This document shows, in pieces, positions 23,464-31,710 of a stretch of DNA of 32,000 bases (its first letter is position 1; each line of letters starts with the position of its first letter). This DNA is from an uncultured Actinomycetes bacterium (GTDB lineage: Bacteria; Actinomycetota; Thermoleophilia; Solirubrobacterales; Solirubrobacteraceae): the NCBI GenBank assembly GCA_963851015.1, contig CAWKNG010000001.1, positions 41,751 through 73,750 of the forward strand. Reading direction: 5' to 3'. Both the position numbers and the translations under genes were made by a program. The notes beneath the pieces were generated by a model. The model saw only the letters and a list, made by a program, of their open reading frames with translations. It had not been told where the DNA came from and made no database searches.

Positions 23464-24108
23464 TCACGCTCCCGGGCGCATGAGCCGGCGGTAGGCGGTG
23501 GCGAAGCGCGTCGCCGGGGCGAGCGCGGCGACGGTGGCCGCGTCCTCGATCGTGTCGACGTCGCGCAGCTCACCGAGGCACTCCGTCCGCAGGCCGAGGG
23601 CGGTCAGACGGGCCAGTTGCGCGGCGCCCGTGCCGTCGCGGCTCATCGGCACGTCGTCGAAGGCCCGCGGGTCGGGGTGCTGGAGGCCGATCGTCCAGTA
23701 GCCGCCATCGGCCGTCGGGCCGAGGACCGCGTCGACGGCGGGGTCCGCGAGCCGGGCGAGCGCGCCGCGAAGCAGACCGGGCGTCAGCTGCGGGGTGTCC
23801 ATGCCGACGAGCAGCAGCGCCTCGCCGACGTCGCGGGTCGCGTTCGCCAGCCGCTCGGCGAGCCCGTCGCCGCGCTGGGCGATGATCTCGAAGCCCGCCG
23901 GCAGCCACGGACCGCGGGAGCCCTCGAGCACGAGCACGCGCCGGTGCGCGGCGGTCGCCGCGACGGCCAGCAGCGTGTCGGCGAGGGACGCCTCGGCGAG
24001 GGCGGCGGCCTGCGCGTGGTCGAGCGGAGGGCACAGCCTGGTCTTCACGCGTCCCGGCAGCGGCTCCTTGGCGATGACGACGAGCGTGGCGGCGCGCACG
24101 AGCGTCAC
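23464..24108 (-). CDS. DUF2064-type nucleotidyl/glycosyltransferase-like protein
   Basis: Motifs present: LVVIAKEPLPGRVKTRLCPPL, LLVGMDTPQLTP and LGPTADGGYWTIGL. The GTG start at 24108 is the best fit. The remainder of the 960-aa track ORF is antisense shadow of the genes at 24193-26322. Confidence 0.72.
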   Translation of the reverse strand: MTLVRAATLVVIAKEPLPGRVKTRLCPPLDHAQAAALAEASLADTLLAVAATAAHRRVLVLEGSRGPWLPAGFEIIAQRGDGLAERLANATRDVGEALLLVGMDTPQLTPGLLRGALARLADPAVDAVLGPTADGGYWTIGLQHPDPRAFDDVPMSRDGTGAAQLARLTALGLRTECLGELRDVDTIEDAATVAALAPATRFATAYRRLMRPGA

Positions 24109-24179
24109 GGTACGCGGTGTCCGGCCCCGCACGGGGGTTCCGGCGCGCCGGGCGTGGCGCGCCAGGGCGGCGCGGGTGG

Positions 24180-24185
24180 CATCCT
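24180..24185 (+). promoter_or_regulatory. weak candidate -10 element CATCCT, 7 nt upstream of ATG 24193
   Basis: The arrangement is CATCCT-cagcggt-ATG. The conserved A2 and T6 are present and there is no SD. Confidence 0.22.
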
Positions 24186-24192
24186 CAGCGGT

Positions 24193-25419
24193 ATGCGTCG
24201 TGCCGTGCTCGGGCCGCTGGTCAGCGCCATCGCGCTCGCGTTCGGCGCGTGCGGGGCCGACGGGGCCGGCGACGGGTCGCAGGGCGCCGGCGCCTCCGCC
24301 CCGACGACGTCGGGCGCGGACGCGACGTCGTCGGCCGCCGGCGGCGTCAGGCTCGCCGCGGTCGGCACCTTCGACACGCCGGTCTACGTGACCGCGCCGC
24401 GCGGCGAGCGCAGGCTCGTGTTCGTCGTCGAGCAGGGCGGCACGATCCGCGTCCTGCGCGCGGGCAGGAAGCTCGCGGCGCCGTTCCTCGACCTTCGCTC
24501 GCGCGTCATCGCGGGCGGGGAGCAGGGCCTGCTGTCGATGGCGTTCGCGCCCGACTACGCCGCGTCGCGGCGTTTCTACGTCAACTACACCGATCGCAGC
24601 GGCAAGCAGCGCATCGTCGAGTACCGGCGCTCGGCGTCCAGTGCCGTGCGCGCCGACGCGGCCAGCGCCCGTGTCGTGCTGCGCTACGACGGCCTCGAGG
24701 CCAACCACAACGGCGGGCTCATCGTCTTCGGACCCGACCGGCTGCTGTACGCGGGCACGGGCGACGGCGGCGGCGCCGACGACCGCCACGGCACGCGCGG
24801 CAACGCCCAGGACCTCGGCGCGCTGGAGGGCAAGCTGCTGCGGATCGACCCGCGGCGCAAGGGCTCGCGGCGCTACACCGTGCCGGCGAGCAACCCGTTC
24901 GTCGGGCGCGCGGGCGCGCGACCGGAGATCTACAGCTACGGCCTGCGCAACCCGTGGCGCTTCTCGTTCGACCGCTCGACCGGCGACCTGACGATCGGCG
25001 ACGTCGGGCAGGACAAGATCGAGGAGATCGACTTCGCGGCGAAGGGCACGGCGCGCGGCGCCAACTACGGCTGGCGACCGCTGGAGGGCCGCAGCCACAA
25101 CGCGAACTACCCGAACGAGTCGGCCGCCGGGGCCGTCGCGCCCGTCATCGAGCTCACGCACGCCGACGGCAACTACTCCGTGACGGGCGGCTACGTCGTG
25201 CGCGACCCGCGCGTGCCCGCGCTGGCGGGGCGCTACGTCTACGGCGACTTCGCGAAGGGCCAGTTGCGCGGCGTGAAGCTGTCGCCGGGCGCGGCGAGCG
25301 GCGACGCGTCGCTCGGCCTGCAGAAGATCGACGCGCTGGCGTCCTTCGGCGAGGACGGGCTCGGGCGCGTCTACGTCGTCTCGCTCAGCGGGCCGATCTA
25401 CCGCTTCGTCGCCGGCTGA
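24193..25419 (+). CDS. PQQ-dependent (soluble glucose/sorbosone dehydrogenase-like) beta-propeller sugar dehydrogenase, lipoprotein
   Basis: The lipobox is AIALAFGACG. Family motifs present: EQGLLSMAFAPDY, EANHNGGLIVFGPDRLLYAGTGDGG, YSYGLRNPWRFSFD and ANYGWRPLEG. Confidence 0.82.
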   Translation: MRRAVLGPLVSAIALAFGACGADGAGDGSQGAGASAPTTSGADATSSAAGGVRLAAVGTFDTPVYVTAPRGERRLVFVVEQGGTIRVLRAGRKLAAPFLDLRSRVIAGGEQGLLSMAFAPDYAASRRFYVNYTDRSGKQRIVEYRRSASSAVRADAASARVVLRYDGLEANHNGGLIVFGPDRLLYAGTGDGGGADDRHGTRGNAQDLGALEGKLLRIDPRRKGSRRYTVPASNPFVGRAGARPEIYSYGLRNPWRFSFDRSTGDLTIGDVGQDKIEEIDFAAKGTARGANYGWRPLEGRSHNANYPNESAAGAVAPVIELTHADGNYSVTGGYVVRDPRVPALAGRYVYGDFAKGQLRGVKLSPGAASGDASLGLQKIDALASFGEDGLGRVYVVSLSGPIYRFVAG

Positions 25420-25463
25420 GCCACGGCCGCGGGCGGGCCGGGGTCGCGGCGAACGCCTCGTCG

Positions 25464-25469
25464 TAGGCT
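25464..25469 (+). promoter_or_regulatory. candidate -10 element TAGGCT, 7 nt upstream of ATG 25477 (leaderless arrangement)
   Basis: The arrangement is TAGGCT-ccgcgtg-ATG with no SD. Confidence 0.33.
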
Positions 25470-25476
25470 CCGCGTG

Positions 25477-26322
25477 ATGAACCCACTCGCCCGCCGCGAC
25501 ATCGCGCTCATCCGCGCGGACAACCCGGGGCCGTTCACGCTGAGCGGGACGAACACGTGGGTGGTGGGGCGCGAGCCGTGCTGGGTCGTCGACCCGGGCC
25601 CGGCTCTGGAGACACACATCGAGGCCGTGCTTGCCGAGGCGCGGCGACGCGGAGGGGCCGGCGGGATCGCGCTGACGCACGATCACGGCGACCACGCCGA
25701 TGGCGCCGTGGCGGTGCGGGAGGCGCTGCGCGGGTCCGCGCCGGCGCCGGGCGAGCGCGCGGGTCGCGAGCCGCCCGGCGGTCCGCCGATCGGCGCCGCG
25801 CGCTTTCACGGCGCCGACATCACGCTGGCGGACGGCGACAGCTTCGGCCCGCTGGCGGTCGTCGCGACGCCGGGCCACGCGACCGACCACGTGGCGTTCG
25901 TGTTCGGCGACGTCTGCTTCACCGGCGACGCCGTGCTGGCGGAGTCGAGCGTCTTCGTCGCGCCCGACCCCGGTGCGCTGCGCGGCTACCTCGCGGCGCT
26001 CGAGCGGCTGCGGGCGCTCGATCTGGCGCTGCTGTGCACGGGCCACGGTCCGCCGGTGACCGATCCCGCGGCGCTGCTCGATCGCTACCTCGCGCACCGC
26101 CGCGACCGCGAGGCGCGGCTCGTGGCGGCGCTCGAGGACGGCCTGCGCGGCGCCGGCGAGCTGCTCGATCGCGTGTGGGACGACGCGCCGGCCAGCCTGC
26201 GCCTGGCGGCCGAGGCGACGCTCGCCGCGCACCTCGGCAAGCTCGCCGAGGAGGGGCGCCTGCCGGAGGGCGTCGAGCGCCCGCGGTGGCCGCCGCCCGG
26301 GGGCCTGCGGCCGGTCGTCTAG
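25477..26322 (+). CDS. MBL-fold metallo-hydrolase (glyoxalase II-like) with C-terminal helical domain
   Basis: The LTHDHGDHADG (HxHxDH) motif is present, along with TPGHATDH and CTGHGPP. The track start is GTG 25474. ATG 25477 is preferred because of the -10 spacing. Confidence 0.8.
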   Translation: MNPLARRDIALIRADNPGPFTLSGTNTWVVGREPCWVVDPGPALETHIEAVLAEARRRGGAGGIALTHDHGDHADGAVAVREALRGSAPAPGERAGREPPGGPPIGAARFHGADITLADGDSFGPLAVVATPGHATDHVAFVFGDVCFTGDAVLAESSVFVAPDPGALRGYLAALERLRALDLALLCTGHGPPVTDPAALLDRYLAHRRDREARLVAALEDGLRGAGELLDRVWDDAPASLRLAAEATLAAHLGKLAEEGRLPEGVERPRWPPPGGLRPVV

Positions 26323-26415
26323 AGGGCCACGACCGAACGAGGACACAGCCAGGCGGTGATCAGCGACCGATCCGAAGCGTGCGAGGCCCTGCCGGAGGGA
26401 CCGCTGGACCTGCGA

Positions 26416-27450
26416 TCAGGCGGGGCCGGGCGTCGCGGCCTCGGCGAGCCGCTCGCGGGCCAGGGCCATCGCCGCGACCAGCGGGCTCGCTCCGCTCGCG
26501 GCGGAGTCGTCGAAGATCCGCCGCAGGGTGTCGCCGATGCCGAGCACGCGGGCGCGGGCGCGGCGCGGGTCGTAGCCGGTCGCCTCGAGCTCGACGGCGA
26601 TGTTGATGATCCCGCCCGCGTTGACGACGAAGTCCGGCGCCCACAGGACACCGCGGGCGGCGAGCAGCTCGGCGACGTCGTCCTCGGCGAGCTGGTTGTT
26701 CGCCGCGCCGGCGACGATCGGTGCCCCGAGCCGGACGATCGAGTCGTGGTCGAGCACGCCGCCCATCGCGCACGGGACGAAGACGTCGGCCTCGACCCCG
26801 AGGATCGCCGCGGGCGCCAGCCAGCGTGCGCCGAGCTCGCGCGCGAGCTCCTGCTTGGAGTGATCGATGTCGGTGACGACGAGCTTCGCGCCCTCCTTCA
26901 CGCACAGCCTGGCCACGCGCGCGCCGACGTGGCCGAGGCCGGCCAGCGAGATCGTGCGGCCGTGCAGCGACGGTGAGCCGAAGACGCGCTCGCAGCTGAC
27001 GCGGATCGCCTCGTGCACGCCGAGCGCGGTCCACGGGCTCGGGTCGCCGGAGCCGCCGCGCGCGCGAGAGAGCCCCGTGACGTGCTTCGTCGTCGTCGCG
27101 ATGAGCTCCATGTCGCGGGCCGACGTCCCGACGTCCTCGGCCGTGATGTACGCGCCGCCGAGCGCCTGCACGGTGTCGCCGAAGTCGCGCAGGGCGTCCG
27201 AGCGCAGCCCGCGGCGCGGGCGGGCGGCAGGATCCGGGGCGAGGATGATGCCCTTGCCGCCGCCGAGCGGCAGGCCCGCGGCGGCGGACTTGAACGTCAT
27301 CGCGCGCGACAGGCGCAGCACGTCGCGCATCGCGGCGCGCGCGTCGTCGTAGTGGAACATGCGACAGCCGCCGAGGGCCGGCCCGCGCACGTTGGAGTGC
27401 ACGGCGACCATGGTGAACAGGCCCGAGCGCGCGCCGCGGCGCACGAGCAC
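26416..27450 (-). CDS. Glu/Leu/Phe/Val dehydrogenase family protein (Leu/Val dehydrogenase-like); the true start is probably upstream of 27450
   Basis: Motifs present: GPALGGCRMFHY, KSAAAGLPLGGGKGII (catalytic Lys region) and the NAD-binding segment LAGLGHVGARVARLCVKEGAKLVVTDI. Family-like N-terminal residues (IDRYAATLDHET) are encoded in frame upstream of the GTG at 27450. Confidence 0.82.
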   Translation of the reverse strand: MLVRRGARSGLFTMVAVHSNVRGPALGGCRMFHYDDARAAMRDVLRLSRAMTFKSAAAGLPLGGGKGIILAPDPAARPRRGLRSDALRDFGDTVQALGGAYITAEDVGTSARDMELIATTTKHVTGLSRARGGSGDPSPWTALGVHEAIRVSCERVFGSPSLHGRTISLAGLGHVGARVARLCVKEGAKLVVTDIDHSKQELARELGARWLAPAAILGVEADVFVPCAMGGVLDHDSIVRLGAPIVAGAANNQLAEDDVAELLAARGVLWAPDFVVNAGGIINIAVELEATGYDPRRARARVLGIGDTLRRIFDDSAASGASPLVAAMALARERLAEAATPGPA

Positions 27451-27493
27451 GGTTTCGTGGTCCAGCGTGGCGGCGTAGCGGTCGATCGGGGCG

Positions 27494-27499
27494 ATGCTA
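27494..27499 (-). promoter_or_regulatory. candidate -10 element TAGCAT, 7 nt upstream of an in-frame ATC codon (27486-27484)
   Basis: The minus strand reads TAGCAT-cgccccg-ATC GAC CGC TAC. This matches the geometry of the leaderless genes in the window, except that the codon is ATC. Confidence 0.3.
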
Positions 27500-27507
27500 G
27501 TGCAGCG

Positions 27508-28998
27508 CTAGCCGGTGCTGGCACTGCCGGACGCCGTCGCGGCGCCCACCGACGTGGCGGTGCCGTTGACCGGGGTGCCGGACGTCACCTTGCCGGCGGC
27601 CGGGGTGCCGCTCGTCGCCGGCTTGCCGGCCGCGATCGTGGAGCTGCCCGAGGTCGCGGGTGCGCCGGGCACGGTCGCCACTCCGGTGCTCGCGGCCGCG
27701 TCCTTGTGCGGGGTCAGCACGTCGGCGGCGAAGCCCGTGTCCTCCTGAGGAGCGCTGGCGCCGCCGGTTCCGAAGTCCAGCTCCTGCGGCGTGACCGCGG
27801 CCGGATCGGGAGCGCTCGCACCGCCCTCGGCCGGGAGGATCTCGATGTGCCGTCCGGCGGTCGTCTGGACCCCGGCGACCGCCGTGCGCTTCAGCCGGTG
27901 CGCGCTGCTCGTCGGGGCGCCCGAGCCGGCGGCTGCGCCGACGCTCGCGACCGCGGCCGGTTGGCCGGTCGCGGCTCTGGGCGATGGCGGTGCCGCGCGC
28001 TTCTTGGCCGCCGCCGGTGCGCGTGCCGAGCCCGCGATCTGGTCGCGGACCTCGACGGCGCCGCCGGCGGTGAGCGCCGCGCAGCAGACGACCGCTGCGA
28101 CCTTCGCCGCCGTGCCGGTGCCGGCGGCGGCGAGCACGCCGGTTCCGGCCGCCGCACCGCCTCCGGCGCTGGCGGCGCCGGCCGAGCCGGCTCCGCCGAG
28201 ACCGACGAGCTTGAGGATCGTCGCCCATGGGCCGGCGCCCGGGGCGAGCACGCCGAGGCCCTGGCGCACGCCGCGCAGCTGGGCGCGGTACTCGACGCAG
28301 CCCTCGCAATCGCGCAGGTGACGGCGGGCGAGGCCGCTCGCGCGCACGCCGCGGTCGAAGGAGTCGGTCAGGTCGATGCGGATCTGCGAGCAGGCGGTGT
28401 CACGGGCCTCGATCGCCTCGACGAGCCCGATCCGGGCGCGGACGAGCAGTGACTTCACGGCCTGCAGCGAGATCCCGAGGGCGGAGGCGAGCTCGGCGTA
28501 GCTCATCCCGTCCATCTCGCGCATGAGCAGGGCGGAGCGCTGCTGGTCGGGCAGGCGGCGGACGTCGGCGACGAGCTGGCGCAGGTCCTCGCGGCGCTCG
28601 GCCTCGTCCATCGGATCGAGCAGCGGCTTGCGCGAGGTGTCGAAGAGGTCGGCCGCCGGCGGCGTGGGCCGGCGCAACTGGTCGATGCAGCGGTTGTGCG
28701 CGACGCGGTACAGCCACGCGCGCAGCGACAGCGGGCGGTCGTTGGATCGCAGCGACGAGTAGGCGCGCATGAAGACGTCCTGCAGCGCGTCCTCGGCGTC
28801 CTGGCGCGATCCGCCGAGCATCTGGCGCGAGTACGCGAACAGCCGCTGGCGGTAGCGGTCGTGGATGACGCTGAACGCGGCGTCGTTGCCCGCCCGGAAC
28901 AGCGCGACGAGCTGCTCGTCGGATCGCAGCCGCAGCAGAGGCGCCGTGACCGAGATCCGGTTGAGTGCGACGGGTGCTCGAAGTGCTCCGGCCTCCAT
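27508..28998 (-). CDS. ECF sigma factor fused to a ZAS-type anti-sigma domain, a membrane segment and an Ala/Gly/Pro/Ser/Thr-rich tail
   Basis: Sigma region 2 is FSVIHDRYRQRLFAYSRQML...LQDVFMRAY...WLYRVAHNRCIDQLRR. Region 4 is LPDQQRSALLMREMDGMSYAELASALGISLQAVKSLLVRAR. The ZAS-like motif C-x23-HLRDCEGC (H-x3-C-x2-C) follows. Then comes a hydrophobic AAKVAAVVCCAALTAGGAV segment and about 200 aa of low-complexity tail. ATG 28998 has GGAGAC upstream; GTG 29013 is an alternative start. Confidence 0.8.
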   Translation of the reverse strand: MEAGALRAPVALNRISVTAPLLRLRSDEQLVALFRAGNDAAFSVIHDRYRQRLFAYSRQMLGGSRQDAEDALQDVFMRAYSSLRSNDRPLSLRAWLYRVAHNRCIDQLRRPTPPAADLFDTSRKPLLDPMDEAERREDLRQLVADVRRLPDQQRSALLMREMDGMSYAELASALGISLQAVKSLLVRARIGLVEAIEARDTACSQIRIDLTDSFDRGVRASGLARRHLRDCEGCVEYRAQLRGVRQGLGVLAPGAGPWATILKLVGLGGAGSAGAASAGGGAAAGTGVLAAAGTGTAAKVAAVVCCAALTAGGAVEVRDQIAGSARAPAAAKKRAAPPSPRAATGQPAAVASVGAAAGSGAPTSSAHRLKRTAVAGVQTTAGRHIEILPAEGGASAPDPAAVTPQELDFGTGGASAPQEDTGFAADVLTPHKDAAASTGVATVPGAPATSGSSTIAAGKPATSGTPAAGKVTSGTPVNGTATSVGAATASGSASTG

Positions 28999-29011
28999 AC
29001 TGTCTCCGAGC

Positions 29012-29041
29012 ACTGTAACCGTGAATGTGCCCGGAAGTTGC
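29012..29041 (-). promoter_or_regulatory. candidate ECF-type promoter (GCAAC-N15-CGGTTA) upstream of the ECF fusion gene
   Basis: The minus strand reads GCAACttccgggcacattcaCGGTTACAGT in an unusually AT-rich 60-nt spacer. It resembles the AAC...CGT(T) layout of autoregulated ECF promoters. This is a pattern match only. Confidence 0.2.
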
Positions 29042-29060
29042 TCGTCTCTTTAGCTTTTCT

Positions 29061-29921
29061 TCAGAGGCCCTCGTGGCTGCGCAGCAGCGAGGCGGCGACG
29101 ACGAGCGCGATGCCGGCCCCCTCGACGAGCCCGGGGACCTGCCCGAGCAGCGCCGCGCCGACGACGGTGGCGGTCGCGGGCAGCAGCGCCAGCAGCAGCG
29201 CGAAGCGCGGGCGGGTGAGCCGGCGCATCGCCACCTGCTCGAGGCCGTAGGGCACGACGCTCGACGCGATGCCGACCGCGAGGCAGGCCGCGAGCAGCAG
29301 CGGGCTGACGAGCGCGGGAACGGCGCTGGCCGTCAGCACCGGCGCGAAGCCGACGGCGCCGATCGCCATCCCGAGCGCGAGGCCGTCCTGCGGGCGGATC
29401 GCCTCGTCGGCCGCGATGCGGTGGCCGAGGATGACGTAGCCCGCCCATGCGGCGCCCGCCGCAACCGCGAAGGCGAGCCCGTCGGGGCTGCCCGCGAGGT
29501 GCACGTCGGCGAGCGCCAGCACGCCCGCGGTCGCGGTTGCGAGCGCGGCGACGTCGCGCCGCGTACGCGAGCCGAGCGCGGCGACGAAGATCGGTCCGCA
29601 GAACTCGATCGCGACGGCCGTGCCGAGCGGCAGCCGGTCGATCGCGAGGTAGAACGTCACGTTCATGAACGCGAGCGTGAGCCCGAACGCCGCGACGAGC
29701 CTGAGCCGGGGTCTCGTCCAGTCGGTGTTCCAGGGGCGGCGCCACGCGACGAGCACGGCGGCCGATCCGACGACGCGCAGCCAGCCGACGCCGGCGGCCG
29801 GGACCTTCTCGAAGAGCAGCACGGCGAGCGCCGCGCCGACGTACTGCGAGGCCGCGCCGAGGATGAACAGCGCCTGCGGCGGGAGCCTGTCGAGGACGGC
29901 GGCAGGCGCGCGGCGCGGCAT
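29061..29921 (-). CDS. EamA/DMT-family transporter
   Basis: The 286-aa protein has about 10 hydrophobic segments and EamA-like repeats (LFILGAASQYVGAALAVLLF, AVAIEFCGPIFVAAL, YGLEQVAMRRL). The start was chosen at ATG 29921. Confidence 0.8.
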   Translation of the reverse strand: MPRRAPAAVLDRLPPQALFILGAASQYVGAALAVLLFEKVPAAGVGWLRVVGSAAVLVAWRRPWNTDWTRPRLRLVAAFGLTLAFMNVTFYLAIDRLPLGTAVAIEFCGPIFVAALGSRTRRDVAALATATAGVLALADVHLAGSPDGLAFAVAAGAAWAGYVILGHRIAADEAIRPQDGLALGMAIGAVGFAPVLTASAVPALVSPLLLAACLAVGIASSVVPYGLEQVAMRRLTRPRFALLLALLPATATVVGAALLGQVPGLVEGAGIALVVAASLLRSHEGL

Positions 29922-29928
29922 GGGCTGG

Positions 29929-29934
29929 AGGCTA
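29929..29934 (-). promoter_or_regulatory. candidate -10 element TAGCCT, 7 nt upstream of ATG 29921 (leaderless arrangement)
   Basis: The minus strand reads TAGCCT-ccagccc-ATG with no SD. Confidence 0.33.
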
Positions 29935-29997
29935 CGGCCCGTGCTCACCTGCACACCTTCTCCACACAACCCCCAACGCACCGTCACCACACACGCC

Positions 29998-30003
29998 TAG
30001 CAT
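29998..30003 (+). promoter_or_regulatory. candidate -10 element TAGCAT, 7 nt upstream of GTG 30011 (leaderless arrangement)
   Basis: The arrangement is TAGCAT-ccgccgt-GTG with no SD. A CA-rich tract lies upstream at 29951-29995. Confidence 0.33.
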
Positions 30004-30010
30004 CCGCCGT

Positions 30011-30706
30011 GTGGAGGGGACCCCGCAGGCGACGATCGTCATCGTGGAGGACGAGGTCGCGATCGCGGGCGCGCTCGCGGTGCGGCTGCGCGCCGAGGGG
30101 TTCGCGGTCGAGATCGCCCACGACGGGCACGAGGGCGTGCGGCTGTGCGAGCGGCTGCAGCCGGACCTCGTCGTGCTCGACGTCATGCTGCCCGGCATCG
30201 ACGGGCACGAGGTCTGCCGGCGCATCCAGCGCAAGCGGCCCGTCCCGGTGCTGATGCTGACCGCGCTGGATGCGGAGACCGACCTGCTCGTCGGTCTCGG
30301 CGTCGGTGCCGACGACTACATGACCAAGCCCTTCAGCCAGCGCGAGCTCGTTGCCCGCGTGCGCGCGCTGCTGCGACGGTCACGGCGCGCCGCCGAGCCG
30401 CAGTCCGCGCCGCTGACCGCGGGACCGATCAGCATCGACGCCGAGCGCCGCGAGGTCACGCGCGACGGGCGGGCGGTACACCTCACGCCGACGGAGTTCG
30501 ATCTCGTCCACAAGCTCGCGCTGCGGCCCGGCATCGTCTTCAGTCGCGAGCAGCTGCTCGAGGACGTCTGGGGCTACGAGGACGGCTCCGCCGGCACGCG
30601 CACCGTCGACTCGCACGTCGCGGCGGTGCGGCGCAAGCTCGGCGCCGACGTCGTGCGCACGGTCCAGGGCATCGGCTACGCCTTCGCGACGCCGAACCGG
30701 CCATGA
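30011..30706 (+). CDS. OmpR/PhoB-family response regulator
   Basis: The receiver domain carries IVIVEDE...LVVLDVMLPGIDG...MLTA...KPF. The winged-helix domain carries LTPTEFDLVHKLA...VRTVQGIGYAF. Confidence 0.92.
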   Translation: MEGTPQATIVIVEDEVAIAGALAVRLRAEGFAVEIAHDGHEGVRLCERLQPDLVVLDVMLPGIDGHEVCRRIQRKRPVPVLMLTALDAETDLLVGLGVGADDYMTKPFSQRELVARVRALLRRSRRAAEPQSAPLTAGPISIDAERREVTRDGRAVHLTPTEFDLVHKLALRPGIVFSREQLLEDVWGYEDGSAGTRTVDSHVAAVRRKLGADVVRTVQGIGYAFATPNRP

Positions 30707-31710
30707 GGCCGCTGCACCAGCTTTCCTCGCTGAAGCTCAAGCTCGGGATCGTGATCGTGATCGCGGTCTGGATCACCGCGGTCACGACGATCATCGGCGT
30801 GCGCAGCTTCGGGCTGCCGTCGATCGTGAGCGCCGGCGCGGGAGTCGTGCTCGCGCTCGGCGTCGTGCAGCTGCTCGCGCGCGGCACGACGAAGCCGCTG
30901 CGCGACATGGCCGCCGTCGCGACCGCGATGGCGCGCGGCGAGCACGGCCGCCAGGTCGCCGTCACGTCGCGCGACGAGGTCGGAGAGCTCGCGCGCGCGT
31001 TCAACCGCATGACGGCGGAGCTGGCCGAGACCGATCGGCTGCGCCGCGACCTCGTCGCGAACGTCTCGCACGAGCTGCGCACGCCCCTCAGCGCCCTGCA
31101 GGCCGTGCTCGAGAACGTCATCGACGGCGTCTCGGAACCCGACCCGCAGACGCTGCGCACGATGCTCGCCCAGACGCGGCGCCTCGGCCGGCTCGTCTCG
31201 CAGCTGCTCGACCTGTCGCGCCTGGAGGCCGGCGACCAGCCGTTCGACATCCGCCCGTTCGGAGTCCGGGAGGTGCTCGAGGGCGCGGCGCGCGAGGCCC
31301 GCCTGCACGCGCCCGAGGACGTCGTGTTCTCGATCGAGGCGCCCACCGAGCTACGCGCCGCCGGCGACCCCGAGCGCATCCACCAGGTCGTCATGAACCT
31401 CGTGGAGAACGCCGTGCGCTACTCGCCGCGCCCCGGCGAGATCGCGCTGCGCGCCTCGTCGACCGACGGTCACACGATCACCGTCGAGGTCGACGACGAG
31501 GGACCGGGCATCCCTGAGGACGACCTCGCACGCGTCTTCGAGCGCTTCTACCGCGGCGACGGGCGCCGCGGCGCGGATGGCGGTGGCGCCGGGCTCGGCC
31601 TCGCGATCGCGCGCTGGATCGTCGAGCTGCATGGCGGCGCGATCCGCGCCGAGCGACGCGACCCGCACGGCAGCCACATGGTCGTCACGCTGCCCGCGGT
31701 GCGGGCGTGA
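30703..31710 (+). CDS. sensor histidine kinase (two TM segments with a minimal external loop, HAMP, HisKA, HATPase_c)
   Basis: The ATG overlaps the RR stop (ATGA). The H-box is NVSHELRTPLSAL, the N-box is VMNLVENAVRYSP, G1 is DDEGPGIP and G2 is GGAGLGLAIA. A HAMP-like segment lies between TM2 and the H-box. Confidence 0.92.
   Translation: MRPLHQLSSLKLKLGIVIVIAVWITAVTTIIGVRSFGLPSIVSAGAGVVLALGVVQLLARGTTKPLRDMAAVATAMARGEHGRQVAVTSRDEVGELARAFNRMTAELAETDRLRRDLVANVSHELRTPLSALQAVLENVIDGVSEPDPQTLRTMLAQTRRLGRLVSQLLDLSRLEAGDQPFDIRPFGVREVLEGAAREARLHAPEDVVFSIEAPTELRAAGDPERIHQVVMNLVENAVRYSPRPGEIALRASSTDGHTITVEVDDEGPGIPEDDLARVFERFYRGDGRRGADGGGAGLGLAIARWIVELHGGAIRAERRDPHGSHMVVTLPAVRA

Noticed and set aside
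23464-26346. A 960-aa minus-strand ORF.
   Set aside because: Only the last 214 codons (23464-24108) have recognisable DUF2064-type motifs. The remainder is antisense to two well-supported plus-strand genes (PQQ-type dehydrogenase and MBL hydrolase).
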